The notes below the pieces were generated by a model. The model saw nothing but the letters and a program-made list of their open reading frames with translations. It was not told the origin of the DNA and did no database searches. The position numbers and the translations under genes were made by a program. Below are positions 13,601-25,502 of a stretch of 45,317 nt of DNA, one piece after another (position 1 is the first letter of the stretch; the number at the start of each line of letters is the position of its first letter). The DNA is from Geosiphon pyriformis uo1 (taxonomy: Eukaryota > Fungi > Glomeromycota): contig JAAOMT010000120.1 of assembly GCA_016748015.1 (NCBI GenBank), positions 21,737 through 67,053 of the forward strand. Direction: 5' to 3'.

Positions 13601-15515
13601 AAGCTCCTTTGTTTCGTAATGTATTGTGTTTTTTAAAGCAAGTATTACGGTGCTTAGTGTCACTTTTTTACAATTATAAGATTTGAAATAAAACCAGAAT
13701 AATCAGATGATACATTAACTTTGATAAATCTCGAAGTTAAATCATTTCATCAGTTACTTTTTAAACATCACAAGATTAGACAATTGTGTGAAATTCCCAA
13801 TTTGGTATTTTACTCTCTTTCATAACCTATTTTTGGTTGGTATAACCTTAACTGTACATATTTTACTTACACATGTAACCTCAAAAGCGTTCAGATGCTG
13901 TACATAATTTGTGAAAAAAATTTCCATTTCAACTGGAAAATAAAATGGGGCAAAAAAATACTCAAATCTAAAAGATACTTGGGGATAATTTTTCATTAAA
14001 TTGACCCTAAGAATTTCAAATGATGAAACAATCTTTTTATTCTAAAATAAAATTACTATCCTTGCTGTAAAGCTTCTCTCTTCAAATTTAGGAAAGTTTC
14101 CCGGCTTTAATTTTTCATTTGTCTGTACCATGTTAGACACTTTTTTAAACAGATTATTTTACATTTATCACGAGTAGTCGACATGGTCTTTTAAATTTTA
14201 ACACGTTTACCCTAAGATTCCTTGATAGGTAGCATAGCAACACGCTGAAAAAGTAAATAGCCGGTAATTAGCATTGTATCCTATATCTCATATTAAACTT
14301 TTGTGGGTCCAATTGTTTGCTAATTTTTTAAGAAATTACTAATTGATATGAAGTTTAGAATGTATGGCAGAATATATTAAAAAAGTTTTTTTAATTAATT
14401 TGTTCTAAAATTTCAATCATTTTTCCCTCAACTTTATACTCGAAATATATGGATGATTTTCATTCTAATTATTTGTGATAGCCCTTTATAGCTTTGTTTT
14501 CCCAAGATAATCAGCGTAAGAGGTCATTGACTGAGAACGATATGTTGTGATTCATTCATGGAAATTATAACTCCACTTTATTCAAATCATATATGTTAAT
14601 ATACGAAGAGAAAAAATTGAATTTATTAAAGTTTTTAATAAATACAAGTTAAATTGAAAAAAGAAGCCAAATTTAATATTAATTCCACATTTCAATTTTT
14701 ATTAAGACTATTTTATTTATTTAATCCAATAATTTTTTTCCTTCTAAAATTTGAAACCACATGAAAAATTTAGTTAAGAGAAAGCTTTCCCAACAAACAA
14801 ATATACAAAAATATATAATATGTCGTATTAATGAAAGTGGCGTCTAGTAATTTAACGAATTTATCAGAATTCAATATTATAATTAGTCACTAGCTAAATT
14901 TGCTATGATTTAATTGAAATATTATCAATAATCATATATAATTCAACCAGAATATATAGTTTTTTGCGAATTTTCTTAGTATATTTCGATTGGATAAATT
15001 GCCATTGCCCTACAAATTAAAGATAGATTTTACCACAGTTTCATTTCGAAAATTTATTGTTGACCTAATTCACCTTTAAACACTTTAAGCCTAGATCCAA
15101 GAATCGAGCAGCAATACTATATTAATAAGAAATTAATTCCTATTAATAAAAGTCTCGAGTAGCAAGTTCAAATGAAATAAAGCTTTAAAAAGTAGTTTTT
15201 TATAGAGAATCTTTTTCTATTTGATATATTAGATTAAACCTAATGCTTAGAAAGGAGCCCCCAATGTCAAGCCTGTAATTTGTATTCTACTAAAATTAAT
15301 TTATATATTAACGAAATTCAAGTTTTCTTGCATATTTCGAAATAAAACCTAGCCATACGCTTAATTACATGACTCTAATGTGTTCTATGGCTTATTATGT
15401 TTAGAGCACTAATTAGTATATCATCTATTTTCTTAAAATAATTTTTCTAATCTTTTAACTATCCTAACTTAAAATGCTAAAAATTCCATGAAATATAAAC
15501 TATAAAATGGAAATA

Positions 15516-17343
15516 CTAAAATTTCTGTTTGTGCGGAATGTTACTATTCACTCCTGAAACCATAGTCGCCAAATTAGCTTCGGGAGAGGCGCCACTACCT
15601 CCCATTGATAAGTAAGGTTGGAATGTTGAACTCTCAATAATTTCATGGTTTGTGTGTGTACTAGCCAAACGGTTTATAGAATGACGACGGTTAAAAATAA
15701 CTGTAACGGCCGATATCATCAAGATTAAAGCAATTGATGCAATAGGGAATCCAATAATAATTCCGTAATTATTTCCTTTTGGTGAAGGAGTCGAAGTTTC
15801 ATTTGGATTACCAGTGGGAGCGGGATTGGAAGTGGGAGTGGTATAGATAGGTTCTTGAGAGGGAATTACAAAATTCTTTACCCACTTAAAAGTTCCATTC
15901 TTTATATCAAATAACATAATATCTTTATTGGGGTTTACTATATCGATTTCTCCGTCGCTAGGGGGGTAGCCACCTATATTTAAAAAGGTAATAGTACTTA
16001 ATTATGATTGAGTAAAATATTATTATTGTAAAATATTCTTTATTTACCAAATACAATGATCATATAATTTCGTTGTCTTATAGCGGTATGATAAGAGAGC
16101 CTAGGCATATTATTAGGGAGATTTTCTACAATGGGAACTGACCATGTAAATGTTTTTATATTCAAAACCATTAGAGGGCTGTCAGGACGAGTAGTGTTAT
16201 CAATACCCCCATAAATAATTATACTGGTCTCATCTTCAGCTAAAAAATAAAAAACCAAAATTTGCAAGAAGTGAATTAATAAATTTATCTTGATTTAACA
16301 TTAAAAAAATTGTTTAAATTACCAAGGACGGCTGAATGGTGTGCCCTATATCCCAGAGTTATGTTGCTCTTTGCAGACTTTTGAAGATTTATAAAAAAAA
16401 ATTAACTTTTTTAGCTGACGCATAAAATAATAAGAAATATCTTGATATTTTATTCGAATAAATTACCTTAATTGACCATGGCTGACTATTCTTGTCTTCA
16501 GTATCAAAAATTAAGATCTATTTAAATAATTAAGAATATTAAGATTAATTCAAAAAGAATTTAGAAAATTCAGAACATGAAAAAATTTTGATTTGTATAT
16601 TACTTGACTTAAGTTTCCTCCACCAATATAAAAAATTCGTCCATCTGATAAAAGTGTAGCAGTATATTTCGACCTTGACTGAGGAGAGTTTGATGAAGTA
16701 ATAGTAGTCCAGAGGGTAGTATTTGTATCGTATATATACATCGTTTTATCAAAAATATCTATTGAATTCCCTAGCCCACCCCAAATATAAATTCTACCCT
16801 TTTTATCAATAACTGTCTTAAAACTATTTCTTGGCGTTGGACCTTCGAGCTGAGTAGGGGTGATGGAAGACAAGGTAACCGTATCGTTAAGTATTGTATA
16901 AATAAAAATAGTCTCATTTTTATAATTTGGTGATGGCAACCGCTTTTAAAATTAAAAATTATTTTAATATCAAAAATTTTAAATTTAATTATTTATGCTT
17001 CAAAAATTTGGATACATACAATTCCACCAAATATAAAGGCTTTAGTCTCATTTTGGGTTTTTATAACTTCAGCCGATCCCCCGAGAATTAATGGTAAAGT
17101 TGAGAATCTCCTAATATTATAAAATGAAGGAGCATCCGTAGAAAAATTTTGAGAGAGATCGAGGTATACATCATCATTCAAAAAAAGATTATATTCCAAA
17201 TTAGTAAGTCCACCGAAAAAAAAAATTTTATCATCGATTAGAAAAGACATATGGAAAAATCGAGGGGCTGGCGAAACATAGGTAGAAGCAAAGGTTTTAT
17301 TGACTTGTAATAAACCCAGGATAATAAGAAATAGGCTTATCAT
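15516..17343 (-). CDS. Kelch-repeat (galactose-oxidase-like beta-propeller) type I membrane protein, 6 exons
   Basis: Signal peptide MISLFLIILGLLQ. Kelch motifs (KIFFFGG, RIYIWGG, RIFYIGG, IIIYGG, YMIIVFGG), a Pro/Thr stalk, a TM helix (IIIGFPIASIALILMISAVTVIF-NRR) and a short tail. Exons 17343-17020, 16942-16604, 16517-16467, 16377-16323, 16239-16048 and 15973-15516 splice in frame through GT-AG introns. Confidence 0.9.
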
Positions 17344-19040
17344 TTTATTTTTCCTTAATATAATTAAAGTGAATGTTATGTTTAGTTTAATAACGGCGGA
17401 AATAACACTTTTTATAGTGAAATATTAAAAACTATAATTTTAAATCTTTCGAAATTGGGGAACCTTAATAAATTTTTGCAAAATCTAAGGTTCCGAATTT
17501 GGAAATTTTATTCTCTTTGATAGCCTATTTTTGGTTATTTGAATCTTTATCTGTTCATATTTTGGTTATACCGCATAGCTTTAAAAGCCTACAGATATTA
17601 ATTTATGCTTCAGAGACACTGATTTTTTAGATACCACTACTTCATTGTATGAAAACAAATATTCCTGTGATCAGGAGACAATATTTTCAGCATTTATAAA
17701 GCTACATTAACTTTAAAATTGTTAAATAGGTAAAGCATGGTATAATTTTTTAATCATTAGTCATCTGTGTAAACTGGTAAATTTTATATATACAAAGGAA
17801 ATATAATTAAAACTGAACAAGCAGTTTTGCTACAATATTTGGTGGTCAAAACATACCATTTATCAAGTGAATTGGAATCAAGTTTAATAAAGTAACCCAA
17901 TTTAAAATTGAGATAAAAAGCTGATACTAAGATGAAATTCAACTTTTTCAATTTAGAAAAAAAATTTGGTTAATATAGTCAAAAAATTTTTGAGCTTCAT
18001 TTTTCTAAACTTTTGATTAGTTCTTGGGAATGTTTTAATTGGATTAGAATATTTTTAAAGTTTAGAATCATTGAGAAATCAAAACTACTCAGGATTTTAG
18101 TATTTCTTTAAAAGTAAATAAATTTTTATGATTTTATTTAAATAACATCACTTAATTCAAAGATTTTTTGAAATTTAATAATAATTAGAATTTCTAATAC
18201 CTTTTTTAATGAAATAATTTTTAATATTTAAAATTTACAAATGATTTATGTTTCTCTAATTTTGTAACCTCGTCGCGAATGATAATCCATCGTTCAATTA
18301 TAAACTGATGTCACAATATATTCCATTTCTTGAACTAGATTAAATTGGGACTAATACAAAAATTTAATGTAATATCCAATAATTTTGGTTTCACGAAAGT
18401 TTGATATTACAAAAAAAAAAAAAAAAAAAAAACTTCAAATTTATGTGTTACAAGTTGTGGCTTTCAAAGACAATTTCATCAATCCTTAAAATGAAAATGA
18501 GATTGCTAGATTAATCCTAAAAGTAATACATGTATTGTGCTTGATCTTAATTGAAATCAAGATATGACAATTCATTTAAGAATATTCAAGGTATAAATGG
18601 ATCAATATCACAATCACCCTGTCTATTTGGAGTATTCAAACCTTAACGAATAAATTTTTCCTTTTGAAAAAAATTAATTTATACAAGATTGATTAATTAT
18701 TACATGGAACATAATTGAGAATTTTATAATAGTGTAATTTTCCTCGATTCTCCATGTATTATTATTATTATTATTATTATTAACCTTCCTTAATTCAACA
18801 ACAATGGAGCATGCATACAATTAAATCATGCTTTTAAAGAATTTTTCTCGATAAAGTGTTAATATATAATAAAATTAAAAGGGTAGAACGGTAGAACAGT
18901 AGAACTATAGAGTTAATGTATTATTTTAAAACAAAAAAAGTGATTGATATTCTTTTCTCAATACTCATACAATATAACTCTAAAAAATTACTTCAGAGTT
19001 TAACTTGGCAAGCATCATCTTTCTTTTTTTTTAAAAAAAA

Positions 19041-19418
19041 TTATGCACGTCCTTGGATACCCCGAAGAATATCGCCCGGACTTGGAAGTATTCCAGGAGG
19101 AATTAATCGAGTTAATTCTTGAAATTGCTCCAAAGGACTTTTGTCGGTTTTATCAGTTTTCTTAGTTTCTGGAAGTCCTGGTATTTTGATGTTTCCTGGA
19201 TTCCCAGTTGATGTGGAATTTCCTGAATTTCCAGGTAATGTGATATTTCCAGAATTTCCAGGTATTACAATATTTCCTGGATTTCCAGGTGATGTAATAT
19301 TTCCCACCTTTTCAGGAAGGGATGCTTCTTTGGTTTCGATTGGAATTGAAATTGTAAGTTTTGTAGTAAATGCTAATAGCAATAATGAGAATGTGATGAT
19401 AAGGAATAAACGTTTCAT
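19041..19418 (-). CDS. Small secreted protein (125 aa) with five 9-aa GN.x.PGN repeats
   Basis: Intronless ORF; ATG at 19418 gives a signal peptide MKRLFLIITFSLLLLAF. Repeats GNITSPGNP/GNIVIPGNS/GNITLPGNS/GNSTSTGNP/GNIKIPGLP. GC content above the flanks. Confidence 0.8.
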   Translation of the reverse strand: MKRLFLIITFSLLLLAFTTKLTISIPIETKEASLPEKVGNITSPGNPGNIVIPGNSGNITLPGNSGNSTSTGNPGNIKIPGLPETKKTDKTDKSPLEQFQELTRLIPPGILPSPGDILRGIQGRA

Positions 19419-20251
19419 TTTGATGAGATTGAAAAGTTTGAAATTAGCAGGAAAATAAAAATTTTTTTTGGGATCAAAAAATTTGATTATTGTTAGAGGC
19501 AAAAAAAGTCTTTTTATCATTGAACAAAGATGGAGTGTTTATCATCAAAGTTTCATATGTGATAAAATATTTGATCGCTAATTAATTGGAATCATTATCA
19601 TTTCAAATATTTACAAGTCAATAATAAAAATATTTCTTTTTGGCCTAAATTTTTTTAAATCTTTGTAATTTAATGGAGAACTTCAAATTAGTATTTTCCG
19701 AAGTGTTGGAATTTTGAATCTGGTAATCCAATTTTTGTTTCATATTATTTCTTCAGGATTGAAGAAAAGATCTATTTGAATAATATTTTTTTATTAACCC
19801 TTGTAAGTTTCATTTTAAGATTCGGTCTAAACTTAATTACAAAAGAAAAATCCTTTTTCGATTCAATAAAACTTTTAAAATGACAAATTGAGATTTACTT
19901 CCTGAACATTTTCCATTAGTTTGGTCTGACATGGTTTTGTCTTTGAGATCAGACTCGAAACTTGGAAATTATTAGTGAAATGTAAGTTAAATTATAAATG
20001 CTAAACCTTAATTTGAAATAATAATAAATATAAACCATTAAACAACATGTCCTTAAATATGCCTATTTTAATCTTTAAAAATTAAATAGTTCACAATAAA
20101 ACCAATCATGTCTTTATTTATTGAGTTTTGTTTTTTTTTCGTCAAAATTTTATACAAAATGTTGTATTTTTCTTCAAAGTTTTGTTCGATTTTGAATTAA
20201 ATTTTGATGAAAAAGAAATTTCGAAAAGTTTTGTAAATTAATAATTTTATG

Positions 20252-20390
<139 letters not shown>

Positions 20391-21744
20391 AAAAAAGAAA
20401 AAACTAAATTTGTATCATTTTTGATATATTTATATTAAAAATTAAATTGGCAAGCAATTGAGTTCAAATAAATAAATAATTTATTTTGAATCCAATTAAT
20501 AATTTTCTTTTAAAGCAATGCTATCATGTAAGGAAAATTCCTCAGATTATGATGTTCACACAACTATAAAAAAAAACTTTAAATGGAAGGAATTTAAAAT
20601 TGTGATCATGGAGATATCAAAATTAGGATTATAAAAAAGATCTTACTCGAAATGATTTAGCTACTGATATCATTTTAATAACTAAAACAGGTAACTCATA
20701 AAGAACGGTTACATAAATAGATTTCAGAACACAGAAACATCAATTAACCTTTGTTCATACTAATATGGTTAAATAAAAAAAGGTTGTAGCTTCATTTGAT
20801 GTGAAATCTTATGTGACGCCACCTATTCAGAATAAATAATTTATAATACTTATAAATAAAGATTATAAATGTGCTTTGATAAATCACATATATGAATAGT
20901 TTTATTATAATATTTTGAATATGAAATCTGAAATCTGAAATTAATTTTTAATATATTATTATTATTGCATTTGTCCTTCAGCAGATAAGATTTAAATAGT
21001 TGTATCAGAAATCAAAAAAATATTCTCTAGTTTATCCCGGCAAATTAGTGGACGTTTTATCATGATTCACTAATTATTGTCGTTTGTTACACGTGGTTTC
21101 TTTTCTTTGCAAAGTTCACATAAAATAACTCTTTATAGAAACTGAAGAGACATTGTTGAATCGACCTTTTTCCCAGAGTTTCAAAAAACTCTAATAATCT
21201 TTTACGATCATTTGGCAACCTGAAAGATCAGGCAATTGTGTTTTGGAGCCTTGATTCTCTCCGAGGATCACGCAGAAAATAGTAGTCTTACTTAGTACAT
21301 GTACCACCTACTATTGATGTGCTACACTTCATCCGATAATTTGTTTTGAAAGAAATAGTAAACTGTATTGCAATTGCTGTCTTATTCCTTTTTCTCAATT
21401 TTTTAAACTATTCCCTCAATTTTTCGATGTTTAATATCTTTTGACTTGATCAAGTTTATTGGATTTTTACGGTTCAATAAAAAGACAATTTTGAACGAGA
21501 TACTTAAATTTTAGTTAAATAGTTTCTCTAATTGTTAATGTGATCAATGACACTGAACTGAAAATAAACTATCGAGCCAAGATTCTAGAAATACCAAGGA
21601 GCAAAAAAAAAACGAAACGTCAACTTTACAATATTTTTATCTTCACAATCATCTAAATTAAATTTATAACGTTTTCAACGCATGCCCAAATATCTTTATT
21701 TCGCCTGAACGAAATTGATATTTTAATTAATTCAATTTATAACC

Positions 21745-24617
21745 ATGGGTGCTTGTTGCAGCAAAGAAGATGCTATCGTTAACCACTCACCAGCAATGTC
21801 ATACCCAAACTCCAATGGCGTCCCAGTAACAGGCCCATACCCAATCCCCAATGGCGTCCCAGTAAATTTGCCATACCGCGTGACACAAATTCAAGGCAGA
21901 AGCTATCCTTCACACCCAACTCATCCACGAGTTTTGTCAGGTTATTATGAGAATGTACCATCAATTCCAATTTCGCCCCAATCCTTTTCCCATAATCCAA
22001 TCCCATACATGGCAAATCAACCAGTATATAATGTTGTTCCCCCACCATTTGATACTCACATTCATGGATCGGTTGAAACTATGCCTTCACACCGTTACGG
22101 TACTCCACCTTCGGTATTCCAAAGGCAAACACAATTTGTTCTAGGCATTGGTGAGTCTGATGGCTTTTACGTGATGAATTAATAAGATTTTGGCAGATTT
22201 CTCATCCACAATTTCTCTCTTTTAACTTTTAATTCGTCTCGTAGATTTTGGGACAACAGAGTGTAAGATTTATTGAAGTTTGTTCCCAAATTTTTTTGAA
22301 ATTTTCATCCATAAATTATTTATATTCTGTTTTAGCGGGATTCGCTTTCTGTGCTAGACCGTTCAATGGTGAACAAATAAATATTGCAAATATAGCTACT
22401 AATGAGACTTGGTACGTATGAATTTATCTTGATTTTTTATGAAAAATAATTTAAATCTATTGATTCCAAATTCAAAGGCCTGGAATTCGGGGACAGTTCA
22501 AGACCAACACCGTGCTAGAATATGATCAGAATTGGAATGTAACTCAATGGGGATATCCAGCTCTTGCTCAACGTCAATCAATTAAAAAAAACGCAAATTC
22601 CTTTAATACTCAAATATTAGATCGAAAACCCGTAGAATTATTTAAGCTTCATCTGGGAGATATGCCCGAGGAGGAAAAGCCACCATTGCCTGTTGGATTA
22701 CATTTCAAAAAAGCTATTAAAGATTATCTTTCTAACTTTGGAAAGGTACTCAAATTTTATTTTGCTATTTTCATGGTCGGATTTTTAAAATTTAATCATG
22801 AATTTTTTGATAGTTGGTCAAATCAACCTTGAGTAGACAATGGCCTCATATGAACTTCCATGAAGACGTACAGATTGTAATGACAGTACCAGCAGAATTT
22901 CAAGAAAAAACAAAAGTTATCATGAGATCAGCCGCTTTTGAAGCCGGTCTGATTAATAAAGAAAATTCCGAAAATTTGATATTTACCACAGAACGTAAGC
23001 AGAAATTTTGATGTGTGAACTCCTAGATTTATTAGAATTAAAATTCTAACCAGCCATTTTTTTTTAGCTGAGGCCGCGGCAATATATTGCTTACATTACA
23101 TCAAGGAATATCCACTTCGAGAAAATGGTATAAAATCATCATTGTACTTTTTATCATTGCAGTTTAAACATCTTTCACTAATTTTTGGGGGGTTTTTTTT
23201 CGCAATTAGAACCATTCATGATTGTTGACTGTGGAGGCGGAACGGTTGATTTGACAACACGAATGTTACTACCAGGAAGACAAATTAGCGAAATAACTAT
23301 GCGATCTGGTGAATTCTGTGGAAGTTCATATGTAGACAGGCAAGACTAAGAAGATAGATTCGAAAATTCATATCTCATCCTTAGGATCTAATTTTCTTGT
23401 TTTTTTTTTTCCCTTAGAGAGTTCTTAAAATACCTATCACGGTGCTTGGGATTGCCTGTAATACGACATCTGCAAGATAAACACTATAGTCAATTACAAT
23501 ATTTAATTCAAGAATTCTTTGTAAGACGTGTAAAGACAGTCTTCACTGGTAAACCCAGTGAATTCTCTCCTATAATCTTGGATATAGAGGATTATTGTCC
23601 TGCTGCGATACAATATGTTACTCCTCAAATCCGGGCACAAATGGAAGAAGCACAATGGCAGATCAGCCTAGAATATGAGACCGTAAAGGCAATGTTTGAT
23701 CCAATAATCGATAATATCTTGACGTTGATTGATAATCAGATAAAGTCATCATCTCAACCACCTCAAGGAATTTTTTTGGTTGGTGGATTTGGCAACTCGA
23801 TATATGTCTACAATAAGGTCCAGGAGAGGTTTGGCAATCAAAATACTTTTGTATGCGTAGCTCATCAGCCGATAACTGCTATTGTTCGTGGTGCTGTATT
23901 AGTGGGTGATCAACATGAAATTTTTCTTGCTTGAATTTTAATTTATTTTCCAATACTAATGCCAATATTTCTTTAATCGCAAATCAATATCGGACATTTT
24001 CAGTATGGTATGAAATCCTTCGCTTAGGAAATTATATTAAAATCTCTGTCGCGACGTTTCTAAATTTGTTCACATTATTATTATTATTATTATTATTATT
24101 ATCATAGGTGTGAACGTATCGACAGTGGTAACTCGTGTTTTAAAATGGACATATGGTATTGAATGTTATCGAAATTGGACTAGCATGGATCCACCAGAAC
24201 GACGAGATGAACAGGGTCGTGTTAAAGGTTTCGATCGATTAGCTACACGTGGGAAGGAAGTTGAAGTTAATGAAAAATTCAAGGGCGTATATTCTACATC
24301 GTATCCTGGCCAAACACATATATCGTTTCCTGTTTATGTCACTTCCGCGGAAAATGCAACGTATTGTGATGGGCTGAAATTCCTTGGGACATTAGAAATT
24401 GGTAAGCATTGTGAGAATAAAGATTTACCTCTGATAGGAGCTCTGATCTTTGGTATTAATAATTTTTCTATTTATAGATATACCAGTAGATCAAGGTAAC
24501 GATAAACGAGAAATTGAGTTTTCACTACTATTTGGGCAAATGGAAATTAAAGCCTCTGCACTCGTCGTGAAAACTGGACTAATATGTGCGACTACATTCA
24601 AGTTTGACGAGAATTAG
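21745..24617 (+). CDS. HSPA12-like atypical Hsp70 (actin-like ATPase) with Pro-rich N-terminal extension, paralog 1, ~11 exons
   Basis: Spliced motifs VLGIDFGTTESGFA, VMTVPAEF, TEPEAAAIYC, FMIVDCGGGTVDL, CGSSYVDREF, FLVGGFG, AIVRGAVLYG and TYGI. GT-AG introns; stop TAG at 24615-24617. Confidence 0.92.
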
Positions 24618-25502
24618 ACTAGGACAATTTTTATTTTTGTGTTCAAATTGCTAGTGGCTTAGATTTTTTTAGGGTAGTTGCTCCTAAATTATTGGGGGTA
24701 TTTTAAATTTTGGGATTCGATAACCATACTGTACTTATGTAATTAATAAAAATATTAATTTATTTTCCACATTTTTATAACTTTGAATTTTGAATGAAAT
24801 CTTATTTTTTGAAACCTATTACCCCTATTATTTTGTTAAGATTTTACATTTAAACCTAATTTTTTGCATTGCTTAATATTGTTTGATTATTATAATATAA
24901 ATTTGAAATAATAAACACATATTTTTTTTAAATTCTCAAAATTGGGGGAAATGATTGATTTCAAATTTTAATTTTGGAGAAATTGGCAATTAATAATTTC
25001 CTAAATCTTAAATTCGATATTAAAAATTTCTTTACCATATTTTGCAAATATAATTCTCAAATTTCATTCAAAAGAGCAAAAATGTTTTGAAAAGCAAATG
25101 AAAATTAATAAATGTAATTTCCATGAAAAATTGAAAATAAGATTTGAAGGAATTTTGAACTTTCTTTAGTACTTGAAGTTATTTGGGCCATTTTTATTCA
25201 AATCTTAATGGAACGGCATTGTGTAATGTGTATATATTAAAAATCAATGCATGACCAGCCAATCTTTTTCCAAAGATGATTTATCATTTCCGAACAAATG
25301 ATGAAAAATTCATTCATTTTTTGTATAAAACTATAACTGTGATATATTTCCTTTGACATATTTATTTCTAAAATTTAGCGCGAATTTTTAATATCAATCC
25401 TTTTGTTTGACCATCCTTTCCATCATCTTCCTCATCTTCTTCTTTTTGTTCTTCTTTTTCTTTTTTCTTCTTCTTTTTCTTCAATATTAAAGCAAAGAAA
25501 AA

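Noticed and set aside
13600-15400. Possible gene remnants in intergenic DNA
   Set aside because: No ORF of 60 aa or more and no recognisable motif.
19141-19458. 105-aa plus-strand ORF
   Set aside because: Antisense shadow of the secreted repeat protein.
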